DNA from: Nanobdellota archaeon
GTDB lineage: Archaea; Nanobdellota; Nanobdellia; SCGC-AAA011-G17; JACPIM01
Direction: 5' to 3'
NCBI GenBank assembly: GCA_038046265.1
Contig: JBBSWN010000010.1
Coordinates: 75,091-139,090, forward strand
DNA length: 64,000 bases
In this document: one piece after another, positions 18,675 through 28,134 of the stretch
Layout of the letters: each line of letters begins with the position of its first letter
How positions within the stretch are numbered: the stretch's first letter is position 1
Notes under the pieces: generated by a model
What the model saw: the letters and a program-made list of their open reading frames with translations, nothing else
Database searches by the model: none
What the model was told of the DNA's origin: nothing
Program-made: the position numbers and the translations under genes

Positions 18675-19727
18675 ATGATTCAAGATAAAGATTTAATTTT
18701 ATTAAGGGAAGATTTAATTAAATTATCCCGGAGAATAGGTAGAGGAATTTCAGAGGATGTTTTTGGAAGATTATCTATAATAGAAAGAAAAAAACAAGTA
18801 TTTAACCAAAGGACTGAAGGAAATACTTCAAAGCTCGATGCTATTGCAGATACTATTATAGTTTATGAAGCACAAAAAATAGCTCGTAAACATGGAATTC
18901 CAATTTCTATTTTATCTGGTGGAGACAAAATTAAAGAAGAAGTTAATGTTTCTGTATCAGGATCGTTACAAGATAGGGTTGTATTTTCATGTGATGGAGT
19001 TGATGGCACCACAAATGCAATGACTGATGGAATGCCTTGGGCATCTGCTTTATTTGGATATACTGACCCAACAAGCAAACCTTTAGAAGGACTTAAATTT
19101 GGGGATTTTGTTACTGGTGCTGTGTATGTTGTTAGTGGAACTTCATTTGGTACTGTAAAAACGGGAAATTTATTTTTTGCTTATGATGGATGTGATTCTG
19201 CTATATTAAATGATGTTAATGGTGGCTTGTATCCTTTATTAACAACAGAAGAAACACAAGCTAAAAATTGGACATTTGGAATAGATACTATGGCTGCCAG
19301 AGCAACATATCTGCCTGGGCCAGAAAGAGACACAAAAGGAAGCGCTAGAAGACAGAAATTCTGGCAAGCTTTGACAGGATTAATTGGAACTGCTGTAAAT
19401 GATGAAGTTAGATTATTCGGGGCTGGATTAGAGCAAATGGCTATATTATCGCCTGCTACTGATAAAATAGATACAACCTTAAGTTTTTATTCTGGAAATC
19501 CAAGATTAGCTGGATGTTTAGCTGCTTACCAATTTAAAGATAATATTATTGGACCAAAAACAATTTTGAAAAAAGCTGGTGCAAAAGTTGTTGTATTTGC
19601 CGGACCGCAAAAAGGAATGGATATTGATGAAGTTCCATTACAACCACATACACATTATTTAGCTGCTGGTAATGATGAAGTTAAGAACTTTGTTTTAGAT
19701 GCTTTAAAAGATTATAATCCGGATTAA
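18675..19727 (+). CDS. Divergent inositol-monophosphatase/FBPase-family sugar phosphatase (tentative)
   Basis: SCDGVDGTTNAM resembles the DP(I/L)DGT motif. WTFGIDTMAARA resembles WD.AAG, and LAAGNDE lies in the C-terminal region. The first ATG is at 18675; the track's TTG start is at 18657. Confidence 0.35.
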   Translation: MIQDKDLILLREDLIKLSRRIGRGISEDVFGRLSIIERKKQVFNQRTEGNTSKLDAIADTIIVYEAQKIARKHGIPISILSGGDKIKEEVNVSVSGSLQDRVVFSCDGVDGTTNAMTDGMPWASALFGYTDPTSKPLEGLKFGDFVTGAVYVVSGTSFGTVKTGNLFFAYDGCDSAILNDVNGGLYPLLTTEETQAKNWTFGIDTMAARATYLPGPERDTKGSARRQKFWQALTGLIGTAVNDEVRLFGAGLEQMAILSPATDKIDTTLSFYSGNPRLAGCLAAYQFKDNIIGPKTILKKAGAKVVVFAGPQKGMDIDEVPLQPHTHYLAAGNDEVKNFVLDALKDYNPD

Positions 19728-19775
19728 AAACAAATAATTTATAAATTTAATCTATATAAAAAGTTTGGAGGGATT

Positions 19776-21938
19776 ATGACTAGAGTTCTTGTAACAGGAG
19801 GAGCTGGATTTATTGGACACCATTTTATTAATCATTTGCTTGTAAATACTGACTGGGAAATTATTGTTTTAGATAAATTAAATTATGCAAGCTGTGGGTG
19901 GGACAGAGTAAGAGACATAAATGTTTTTAATCCTAAAAGAGTTTCTTTATTGTCTGCTGATTTTTCTCACCTTCTTGATCAGGGACTTGTAAAAGAAATT
20001 GGAGACTGCGATTATATTTTTCATATAGGTGCTGAGACGCACGTCGACAATAGTATTTTGAATCCAGAACCTTTTGTGATGAGTAATGTTGTTGGAACTA
20101 TGAGATTATTGGATTTAGCAAGAACAATGCCAAATTTAAAGAAGATGTTTGTTTTTTCCTGTTATGATCAAGATACATTTGCTTTAACTAAAAATGGAAT
20201 TAAAAAATTTGATGAAATCAAAGTAGATGATAAAGTTTTATCTATTAATCCTAAAACCGGCGAATTAGAAGAAAAGGATGTTGAGGCTGTAATTATTCAA
20301 GATTATGAGGGAGATATGTATCATTTTGAAAGTTCCAGAGCAGACATAAAAGTTACTCCAAATCACAGGATGTTTTTTGTTTCAAGTAAGGAAGGAATTC
20401 AAGTTGAAGAGGCTAGTGAAGTGGCAAAAAGATCAGTTGTTCATTTGCCAAGAGGAAACTGGAAGGGAGAAGATCAAGAAAATATTTTTTTAGAAGGAAT
20501 CGGTTATGTAAAAACAGAAGATCTTTTTTATTTATGTGGTATTTTTATTGGTGATGGATTTACTGCTAAGCAAATAAAGATTATGGAATCGAAGAGCGGT
20601 TTGACTAAATTAGAAAGAATGGATTTGGCAAGAGATTCTGAAACTGGCAGATTTATTAATACTGGAAAGATTGGGCCAATTGAAGTTGTGACTAGTACAA
20701 GCTGGAGAATATTTTTCGATATCCCTGTTTTAGATAAAGCGAGAGAAAGGCTGGAAAACACTTTACAAAGCTTAAATATTAAATATTCTGCACATTCTGG
20801 AAAGTCAGGAGAGCATATTTATTTTTCATCTAAAGAATGGCTGAAATTTTTTGAACAATTTGGAAAAGGTGCAGAAAATAAAAACATTCCTTCATGGATG
20901 CTAGAATATGATAAAAAATATTTGAAGTGTTTATTTGAAGGCCTTATTGATAGTGACGGATATTATGGCAAAAGCCACATTCAATATACTACAATATCTA
21001 AAAAGCTTTTAAAGGATATTTGTGAACTTGGATTTAAATTAGGAAGATACCCTTTTTTTAGAAAACGATATAGTGAATCTATTTTTGAAAACAGAGTAAT
21101 TAAAGGTTATGCTTATTATATTAATTTTCCATTACAAGATGTTAAAATTGGAAATAAAAATGTTAAAATAGAAAATTACAAGGGGAAGATATGGTGTCTG
21201 AAAGTAAAAGATAATAAAAATTTTATTGTTGCCAGAAATGGCAAACTAGCTTTCTGCGGAAATACTGATGAAGTTTATGGACACGCACCAGATGGTGTTG
21301 CTTACAAAGAATGGGACAGGCATAATCCAACAAATCCTTATTCTGCTTCAAAGTCAGGTGGGGAAATGCTGGCTTTATCGTATGCAAATACTTATGGTGT
21401 TCCTGTTGTTATTACAAACTGTATGAATGTTTTTGGTGAAAGACAACATCCTGAAAAATTTATACCAAAAGCATTGAATAAAATTCTTAAAGGAGAGAAA
21501 GTTACTTTACATTATTATCCTGGAAAGGAAAGACCGGGTGCAAGATTCTGGATACATGCAAGAAATGTTGCTGCGGCAATTATGTTTTTAATAGATCATG
21601 GAAAAGTTGGAGAGAAATATAATATTGTTGGAGAAAAAGAAGTTGATAATTTAGAGATTGCAAAAATGATTTCAAAAATTACTGGCAAAGAGTTAAATTA
21701 TGAAATTGATGATACTTATATGGACAGACCAGGACATGACTTAAGGTATGCTCTTGATGGAACAAAAATGAAAGAAATGGGTTGGCATATTCCAATTCCA
21801 TTTGAACAGTCGTTTGAAAAAACAGTCAGATGGATGGTGCACGAAAATAATTTAAGATGGCTTGATATCAGCACTTATTCTAAACTTGTGAATGGAAAAA
21901 ATGCCATGCAAAAAGTTGCACTTCAATCTATCAAGTAA
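19776..21938 (+). CDS. rmlB: dTDP-glucose 4,6-dehydratase (RmlB-type short-chain dehydrogenase) interrupted by an intein
   Basis: GGAGFIGHHF Rossmann motif and the YSASK catalytic motif. The conserved S-TDEVYG motif is split by 368 aa. The spliced extein would be 352 aa. Confidence 0.8.
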   Translation: MTRVLVTGGAGFIGHHFINHLLVNTDWEIIVLDKLNYASCGWDRVRDINVFNPKRVSLLSADFSHLLDQGLVKEIGDCDYIFHIGAETHVDNSILNPEPFVMSNVVGTMRLLDLARTMPNLKKMFVFSCYDQDTFALTKNGIKKFDEIKVDDKVLSINPKTGELEEKDVEAVIIQDYEGDMYHFESSRADIKVTPNHRMFFVSSKEGIQVEEASEVAKRSVVHLPRGNWKGEDQENIFLEGIGYVKTEDLFYLCGIFIGDGFTAKQIKIMESKSGLTKLERMDLARDSETGRFINTGKIGPIEVVTSTSWRIFFDIPVLDKARERLENTLQSLNIKYSAHSGKSGEHIYFSSKEWLKFFEQFGKGAENKNIPSWMLEYDKKYLKCLFEGLIDSDGYYGKSHIQYTTISKKLLKDICELGFKLGRYPFFRKRYSESIFENRVIKGYAYYINFPLQDVKIGNKNVKIENYKGKIWCLKVKDNKNFIVARNGKLAFCGNTDEVYGHAPDGVAYKEWDRHNPTNPYSASKSGGEMLALSYANTYGVPVVITNCMNVFGERQHPEKFIPKALNKILKGEKVTLHYYPGKERPGARFWIHARNVAAAIMFLIDHGKVGEKYNIVGEKEVDNLEIAKMISKITGKELNYEIDDTYMDRPGHDLRYALDGTKMKEMGWHIPIPFEQSFEKTVRWMVHENNLRWLDISTYSKLVNGKNAMQKVALQSIK
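20160..21263 (+). mobile_element. Intein (368 aa) with a LAGLIDADG homing-endonuclease domain, inserted in rmlB
   Basis: It starts with Cys (CYDQDTFALTKNG). Block B is KVTPNHRMF. Two LAGLIDADG motifs are present (LCGIFIGDGF and LFEGLIDSDGYY). The C-terminal block is NFIVARNGKLAFCGN, followed by a +1 Thr. Flanking exteins rejoin as FVFS|TDEVYG. Confidence 0.75.
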
Positions 21939-22027
21939 AACTTTTTAAAAAATTTAATCAAAAGTAATACTGAATTATTAACCAAGTAATAAATATATTT
22001 TTAAACTAATTCTTTTCTAAAATTTAA

Positions 22028-22582
22028 ATGTTACAAACAATTACAAAAGAATTAATTGAAGAAATGGCTGAAAAAGCCAGAACAAGTCCGAGGAAGAGGG
22101 CGCTAAAATGTTTGCATACTCCTCCAAAAGGACCTGAAGATAATTCTTATGAACCACAAAGACTAGTAAATGCTTTTCAAAGAGACACTTATGCACAACC
22201 ACACAAACACGGAAACAGAGATGCAAATGGAAATGAGGATCCTAACAATCCATCTAAATTAGAAACGTTTACAGTTTTAAAAGGAAAGCTTTATGTTGTA
22301 TTTTTTGATGATCAAGGACATTTAAGAGAAGAAATTTTGCTTTCAAATGATTTAATTCCTTATGTTGAAGTTCCACCAGGAACATGGCATACTGTAGTTG
22401 GAGAATCAGAAGTTTCTGTTGGGTTAGAAGTTAAAGTTTTAGATCCAAGCAACCAACAAAGTCCGACATATAATATGAGAACTGATAAATTCTTTGCACC
22501 TTGGGCTCCAAAAGAAGGAACTCCAGAAGCTGTTCAGTATTTAGAAGGTCTAAGAAAAAGATTAGCTATTTTTAGAGCATAA
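22028..22582 (+). CDS. Cupin-fold protein (WbuC-like, or an RmlC-like epimerase)
   Basis: 184 aa with a beta-rich region and conserved His residues (HKHGN...GTWHTV), typical of cupins found in O-antigen loci. Confidence 0.4.
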   Translation: MLQTITKELIEEMAEKARTSPRKRALKCLHTPPKGPEDNSYEPQRLVNAFQRDTYAQPHKHGNRDANGNEDPNNPSKLETFTVLKGKLYVVFFDDQGHLREEILLSNDLIPYVEVPPGTWHTVVGESEVSVGLEVKVLDPSNQQSPTYNMRTDKFFAPWAPKEGTPEAVQYLEGLRKRLAIFRA

Positions 22583-22643
22583 ATTTATAGATTTTTATTA
22601 GTAAACCTTTTTAAATTAAGACTTCTTAGTATTTAAGTGAAAA

Positions 22644-23795
22644 ATGAGGTATGATTTTGTAGTTTTGGGCGCCACTGGCATGCAGGGCAGGATTGTATCT
22701 AGAGACTTATTAGAAAATGGATTTTCTGTTTTAATGTGCGGGAGAGACAAGCCGAGAGTAGACCAAATTTTAGACAAATATGATAAAACTTCTTTTCAAT
22801 ATGTTGACATAAATGACAAGAGCCATGCTTTGGATGTTTTGAAAAAATCAGGAGCTAATGTAGTTGTAAACTGCATGGAGGGAGATTTTAATTTATTAGC
22901 TTTAGAACTTTCAATGAAAGCAAATGCAAGCTGTCTTGACCTTGGGTCTGAAATATGGATGACTAAGAGACAATTAAAATTAAATGATTTATTAAAAAGA
23001 AAAGGATTAATTTCTATTACAGGATGCGGGAGTGTTCCGGGTGTTGGAAATGTAATGCTGACTCATGCTGCAAATAAATTAGATAAAGTTACTGACATTG
23101 ATGTTGGATTTAGCTGGGACTCAAACATAAAGAAGTTTGTTGTGCCATTTTCAATTAAAAGTATTTTAGAAGAGTTTACTGATCCTGCTCCTATTGTACA
23201 GAAAGGAAAATTTATTAAGAAAACTCCTTTAGATTCTGTAATTGTTGACCATCACAGGGAAATTGGGAAGCAGAAAGAATTTTTTGTAAGGCATCCAGAA
23301 ACTTATACTTTTTTCAGGTATTTTAAAGATAAGGGAGTAAAGAACATAAGATTTTATGCTGGATTTCCGCAACATTCTTTTGAAAAGATAATGGCTATGA
23401 TAGATTTAGGGTTAGCAAGTTATGATGAACTTTTAATTAATGGGGTGAAAATAGCTCCTGTTGATTTTTTGACAGAAGTCTTGAAAAGAATTCAAATTCC
23501 CAAAGAATACAAGGAAGAGGAAAATTTATGGGTTAAAGTTACAGGAGAAAAGAACAAGGAGAAGAAAACTATTTTAATGGAATGTATTGTGCCGACTTTA
23601 AGTGGATGGCATGATGCTGGGTGCAATATTGACACTGGAATGCCAGCAAGCATAATGGCCCAGTTTGTGAAAAATGAAACTATTAAAGAGAAGGGAAGTT
23701 TTGCTCCTGAAGCTTGTGTACCGCCAGAACCTTTGTTCAAGGAATTAAGAAAGAGAAAAATGGTTGTTTATGAGAATGGAAGAATAATAAATTAA
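22644..23795 (+). CDS. Saccharopine dehydrogenase-like NAD(P)-binding oxidoreductase
   Basis: Begins MRYDFVVLGATGMQGRIV. The C-terminal domain resembles the Sacchrp_dh family. Confidence 0.5.
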   Translation: MRYDFVVLGATGMQGRIVSRDLLENGFSVLMCGRDKPRVDQILDKYDKTSFQYVDINDKSHALDVLKKSGANVVVNCMEGDFNLLALELSMKANASCLDLGSEIWMTKRQLKLNDLLKRKGLISITGCGSVPGVGNVMLTHAANKLDKVTDIDVGFSWDSNIKKFVVPFSIKSILEEFTDPAPIVQKGKFIKKTPLDSVIVDHHREIGKQKEFFVRHPETYTFFRYFKDKGVKNIRFYAGFPQHSFEKIMAMIDLGLASYDELLINGVKIAPVDFLTEVLKRIQIPKEYKEEENLWVKVTGEKNKEKKTILMECIVPTLSGWHDAGCNIDTGMPASIMAQFVKNETIKEKGSFAPEACVPPEPLFKELRKRKMVVYENGRIIN

Positions 23796-23798
23796 TTC

Positions 23799-25187
23799 TT
23801 AGGCTGCGCTTGATAATTTAATTCCATACAACTGATTGTCTTTATAGCCTCTGAATTTATTATAAACAAGTTTGTAAAGATTTTTTATAGGTTTATTATC
23901 TGGCATGTTAATTAAGACTTTTAACAAACCAGTTTTGTATATAACTGGGTAAGCTGCTGCTACTGCAAACCATTTTTGTAGATGCTCTACTTGTTTTTTA
24001 TTTTTAAGTTTTACTATCGTGGTTTCAAAGAATTTAGGACCAATGTCATTAAAGTCACCTTCTAAAAGACCACGAGATATTGCATATTCTGTTAAAGGCA
24101 AGCCAGGATAAGGCTGGAATATTGAGCACCAAGCATATAAAGGCTTACATTTTATATTCATTTTTAATGTTTCTATGTCTGTTTCTAAACTTGATTCTGG
24201 CAAACCTAAAATATTCTGCAACATGATTTTTATTCCATATTTGTGCAATAAATCTGATGCTTTGTAGACTGTTTCCTTGTCCATTTCTCTTTTAATTACA
24301 ACATTTCTTATATAATCGTCTGCTGCTTCCAAAGCCATGTGAACTGAGTAACAGCCTGCTTCTTTTAATAAACGAGCTGTGTTTTCATCTACAGTGTTCG
24401 GCCTTACGTGACAATGGAAAGGCAAATTAATTTCTTTTTTATATTTTTCTGAGAATTCTTTTAACCAAGGCTTGTTCATTACAAAAATATCATCTTGAAA
24501 ATAAACAAATTTACCGCCATGTTTTTCAAATACTTGTTTTATTTCAGCAATTAAATTATCTACTGATCTCCATCTAACCCACCTTCCTTTTCCACCATAG
24601 ATTTTATCTATTGATGCATTGAAACAGTATTGACATTTATAGGCACAACCCCTGCAAGCTATGAAATGTCTTATTGGTTCATCTTTCCAGATTTTATGTT
24701 CATATGCAACATCTCTATCTGGAAAAGGCAATGTGTCAAGAGATTCATTTAGATTTCTAATTTCATTTTTGTAAATTTTTCCATCTTTTTTTATCCAAAG
24801 ATTTTGAATATTTGTGTAATCTTTTCCTTCGTCATAATTATTTGCCAATTCTGCTATTGCTTCCTCACATTCACCTTGCGCTACAATGTCCATTCCTTCT
24901 TCTTCTATTACTTGTGGGTGGAAAGTTGGATGTGAGCCACCCATTAAAGTCAAGAAATTATGATGTTGTTTTAATTCATTTGTTATTCTTAGAAATTCGG
25001 TTTGACCACCAGTCATTACAGAACCAGCTACAACATCGGGTTTAAAGTCTTGGACTACTTTTTTTAAATCGTCTTGGCCAATAACTGCTATTTTTGTCTG
25101 GTGGTTGTATTTTTTTAGAATTGCACTTATGTATAATAAACCTAAGGGTTCTACAGGATGCTTCCATGCTAAAAATAGAAATTTCAT
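23799..25187 (-). CDS. B12-binding radical SAM enzyme (probable methyltransferase class B)
   Basis: N-terminal cobalamin-binding Rossmann region (GGSHPTFHP), followed by the CAYKCQYC CxxxCxxC motif. Confidence 0.75.
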   Translation of the reverse strand: MKFLFLAWKHPVEPLGLLYISAILKKYNHQTKIAVIGQDDLKKVVQDFKPDVVAGSVMTGGQTEFLRITNELKQHHNFLTLMGGSHPTFHPQVIEEEGMDIVAQGECEEAIAELANNYDEGKDYTNIQNLWIKKDGKIYKNEIRNLNESLDTLPFPDRDVAYEHKIWKDEPIRHFIACRGCAYKCQYCFNASIDKIYGGKGRWVRWRSVDNLIAEIKQVFEKHGGKFVYFQDDIFVMNKPWLKEFSEKYKKEINLPFHCHVRPNTVDENTARLLKEAGCYSVHMALEAADDYIRNVVIKREMDKETVYKASDLLHKYGIKIMLQNILGLPESSLETDIETLKMNIKCKPLYAWCSIFQPYPGLPLTEYAISRGLLEGDFNDIGPKFFETTIVKLKNKKQVEHLQKWFAVAAAYPVIYKTGLLKVLINMPDNKPIKNLYKLVYNKFRGYKDNQLYGIKLSSAA

Positions 25188-25236
25188 AGTTACCTCAACT
25201 ATTGTTAATCTGTTATTTTTATAAAGATTTCGATAT

Positions 25237-26505
25237 TTAATAAGGTTCTATTTTAAGTTTGTCACTAATATCTTTTCCTTGTTCATGCATAAAAATTGTT
25301 TCTGCCATATAATCTATGCCGTCTAGAGTTCCATATTTTTCTTTTAAATCTTGATTAAAACTTCTATTAAATCGTGCTCGATCCACTGCTTTTTCTAATG
25401 ACTTTTTAGGATCGGAAAAATCTATTTCAACACCTAGCTCTAATCTCTCAACACCGTGATTATTCATTATTATTTCTGGATCATCCTTGGGTTTGTATGA
25501 TGGGAATAATAAACCCACATCTAATCCATGTTCTGCCAGCATATGAATAGACCAAACAGAAGACCAACCAGTTCGAGCTATCTGGGCTTTTATTCTTTGA
25601 TTTGCTATTTTAAATGGTGGGTGTTTAATTCCTCCGACTCGATTATTTAAATTGTCATCACTTGAATAAATCTGCAGACCCATTTCTTTAGCAATATCAT
25701 AAAAACCAGATTCTGCCAAACCCTGAATTCCTGTAACAACAACGTAAATTCCATCTTTAGGTAATTCAGTTGTATCTAATTTAGGAACATGCATTTGTGG
25801 TGGACAAGATAATTCTGTTGGTTTTTGTTTTTCTCTTCTTCTCACATAAGAAAATACTCCTGGATCAGAAACAAAATGGAGTTTCTGATAATCTGTTAAT
25901 CTTCCAGCTAAGGGGATTACTTTTTGGATTAATTCTGGATCTATCTGGACTTCGGGAAAACTTAAGGCTCTTGACAGAACTTCTGAAAAGTAGCCTGCAC
26001 CTGCATTCATGTAAAATGCATTTTGGTGTTGCAATCTTATTCTGTTATTAAAATCAAAAACTGCTGTTGTGTCTTTTAGATCTATAGCTACTTTTTCTCC
26101 TGTTAAGGTTTCAAGTTCTCTTTTTTCATTTTCAATTAGTTTTTTTAATTCTTCTTCATTTTCTGCATTATGTACTAAAAAATCTTTTAATGCTTCTTCA
26201 TAATCTGAACCTTTGAAAAAAACTTTATCTAATAAAGCTCCAACCTTTAAATCTAGTAAAAATTCACTAGGATGTTTTTCAAGAAAATCTTTTCCAGCTG
26301 CTTCTTCAGCTATTTCTTTCATAAATTGTTTTTGCCTTGACCCGGGTTCTTTGCCTTTGAAAGCATAGGAAGGAATTAAAGGAAAAACTGCTGGCAGTCT
26401 TTGAAGACCTAGAGCTTCTCTTTGATTATTGTAAGAAATAACAAAGTCAACCATTCTTGAGAACGGGCCATTACCATGAGCAAAATTAATATATATGTGT
26501 GACAT
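25237..26505 (-). CDS. Hypothetical protein (possible GT-B-like fold)
   Basis: 422 aa, not lysine-rich. The C-terminal ARTGWSSVWSIHMLAEHGLDVGLLFP loosely resembles a GT1/GT28 nucleotide-sugar binding region. Confidence 0.3.
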   Translation of the reverse strand: MSHIYINFAHGNGPFSRMVDFVISYNNQREALGLQRLPAVFPLIPSYAFKGKEPGSRQKQFMKEIAEEAAGKDFLEKHPSEFLLDLKVGALLDKVFFKGSDYEEALKDFLVHNAENEEELKKLIENEKRELETLTGEKVAIDLKDTTAVFDFNNRIRLQHQNAFYMNAGAGYFSEVLSRALSFPEVQIDPELIQKVIPLAGRLTDYQKLHFVSDPGVFSYVRRREKQKPTELSCPPQMHVPKLDTTELPKDGIYVVVTGIQGLAESGFYDIAKEMGLQIYSSDDNLNNRVGGIKHPPFKIANQRIKAQIARTGWSSVWSIHMLAEHGLDVGLLFPSYKPKDDPEIIMNNHGVERLELGVEIDFSDPKKSLEKAVDRARFNRSFNQDLKEKYGTLDGIDYMAETIFMHEQGKDISDKLKIEPY

Positions 26506-26546
26506 TTCAAAAAAGTTTAAGTTATTATTTATAAATTCGATTTATT

Positions 26547-27407
26547 CTAATTTAGTAATAAAAATTTATCCTTTATTGTAAAATAACAGGAAGTTAAAAT
26601 TAGCAAGCCACCAATTAAAGTGTAAAGATGTGGAATTTCTTTTAGGAAAATTAAGGAAAGAATTACTGCTCCGACTGGCTCTAAGTAAGTAATCAAGGAA
26701 ACGTTTTGAGCTGGAAGTTTAGTTACTGCTTTAATGAATAATAAAACATTAAAACCTTGGTGAACAATCCCCAATAAAAGCAAAGGCAAAATATCTGCTA
26801 GTAATATTGTTGGCTTCTGATATAAAATAAATGGTAATAAGATAATTACAGAGAAAAACATCTGAGAAAACAAGATTTCTTTGTCATTATAGTGAGTAGA
26901 TGCTTTTTTGAAAAGGAGAATTGTAAGGGCTGAACCGAAAGCTGAAACAATACCTAAAAAAATACCAAATGTATTTTTGCTTGATAAATCTAAATTTGTT
27001 GGATTCAATAAAATTAGCAAACCTGCTAATGACAATATTAACAGAAACCACGATTTCCTTTTTGATTTTTCATTAATTATTAATGGAGCTAATAAAATAA
27101 CTAGAATTGGGAATAAATAATGCGAGAATGTTGCATTTGCAATTGTTGTTAACTGATAGGCATAGAAATAAGCTGAGTTATTTACTGCTCCAAATAAACC
27201 AATTAAAATCGGAATTAACAAATTTCTTTTTGTAAAAAAGTCTTTTAGTTTTTTGTCTTTAAGTAATGAGATTCCAAAGATAATTGTGGCGATTAAAGCA
27301 GCACAAAAGTATATTATTAAACCATTAACAGAAATGAATTTGACAAACAAACCCATAGAACTAAATACTAAAATTGCAGAAATCAAACTCAAATAATTTG
27401 TGTTCAT
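26547..27407 (-). CDS. EamA/DMT-family transporter
   Basis: 286 aa with about 10 TM helices in two repeated halves. Confidence 0.6.
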   Translation of the reverse strand: MNTNYLSLISAILVFSSMGLFVKFISVNGLIIYFCAALIATIIFGISLLKDKKLKDFFTKRNLLIPILIGLFGAVNNSAYFYAYQLTTIANATFSHYLFPILVILLAPLIINEKSKRKSWFLLILSLAGLLILLNPTNLDLSSKNTFGIFLGIVSAFGSALTILLFKKASTHYNDKEILFSQMFFSVIILLPFILYQKPTILLADILPLLLLGIVHQGFNVLLFIKAVTKLPAQNVSLITYLEPVGAVILSLIFLKEIPHLYTLIGGLLILTSCYFTIKDKFLLLN

Positions 27408-27439
27408 ATCTTTTTATCATTTAATTTTATTATAAAACT

Positions 27440-27500
27440 ATACTTTAAATACATTTATAAAACAAAACATTTAAATACATAGAAATACATTTAGATTGAA
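27440..27500 (+). promoter_or_regulatory. AT-rich region upstream of the vapB-like gene with direct repeats AAATACATTTA and a TATA-like TTTATAAA
   Basis: Three copies of AAATACAT lie within 60 nt, and TTTATAAAAC sits at about -35 relative to the ATG at 27501. Confidence 0.3.
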
Positions 27501-27734
27501 ATGGGAACTATAACCATAAATGTAAAAGATGATATTGAGAAAACTTTTAGAAAAAGAGTTTATCAGTTGTATGGCAAGAAAAAAGGAACTTTAGGAAAAG
27601 CACTAGCAGAAGCTATGAAGGAATGGAGCATGAAGAAAGAGTATTTTGATAGATGTATGGCTTTACTAGAAAGAGGAGCTGACATGGGTAAAATTAAGTA
27701 TAAAGAAAGAGATGAGCTGCATGATCGCGATTGA
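27501..27734 (+). CDS. Putative antitoxin (VapB-like)
   Basis: 77-aa basic protein that overlaps the start of the downstream PIN gene. Confidence 0.4.
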   Translation: MGTITINVKDDIEKTFRKRVYQLYGKKKGTLGKALAEAMKEWSMKKEYFDRCMALLERGADMGKIKYKERDELHDRD

Positions 27735-28131
27735 TACAAATATCCTTGTATACGCTTTTGATACTGCTTATAATGAAAAAAGAGAAATATGTAAAAAGAT
27801 TATTAATGAAATCTTTGAAGGCAAAAAAACCGGGGTTGTTACAAATCAAATTTTAGGCGAATTTGCTAATGTAGTAACAAGAAAAATTGAAAAACCACTA
27901 ACAAAGGAAGATACTATTTCAATTATAGGAGCAATATTAGTAAGTAAAAACTGGAAAGTACTAACCTATTCTGGAGAGACTGTGCTAAATGCTTTAAAAT
28001 TAAATAAAAACTTTTGGGATTCTGTTGTTATACAAACACTTAAGGAACATAATGTTAGAGAAATAATTACTGAAAATGTTAGGGATTTTGAAGGTTCTGG
28101 TTTGATTATAATTAATCCATTTGAAAATTAG
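27712..28131 (+). CDS. vapC: PIN-domain toxin (VapC-like)
   Basis: MIAIDTNILVYAFDT N-terminal PIN signature with acidic residues. Confidence 0.7.
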   Translation: MSCMIAIDTNILVYAFDTAYNEKREICKKIINEIFEGKKTGVVTNQILGEFANVVTRKIEKPLTKEDTISIIGAILVSKNWKVLTYSGETVLNALKLNKNFWDSVVIQTLKEHNVREIITENVRDFEGSGLIIINPFEN

Positions 28132-28134
28132 AAA

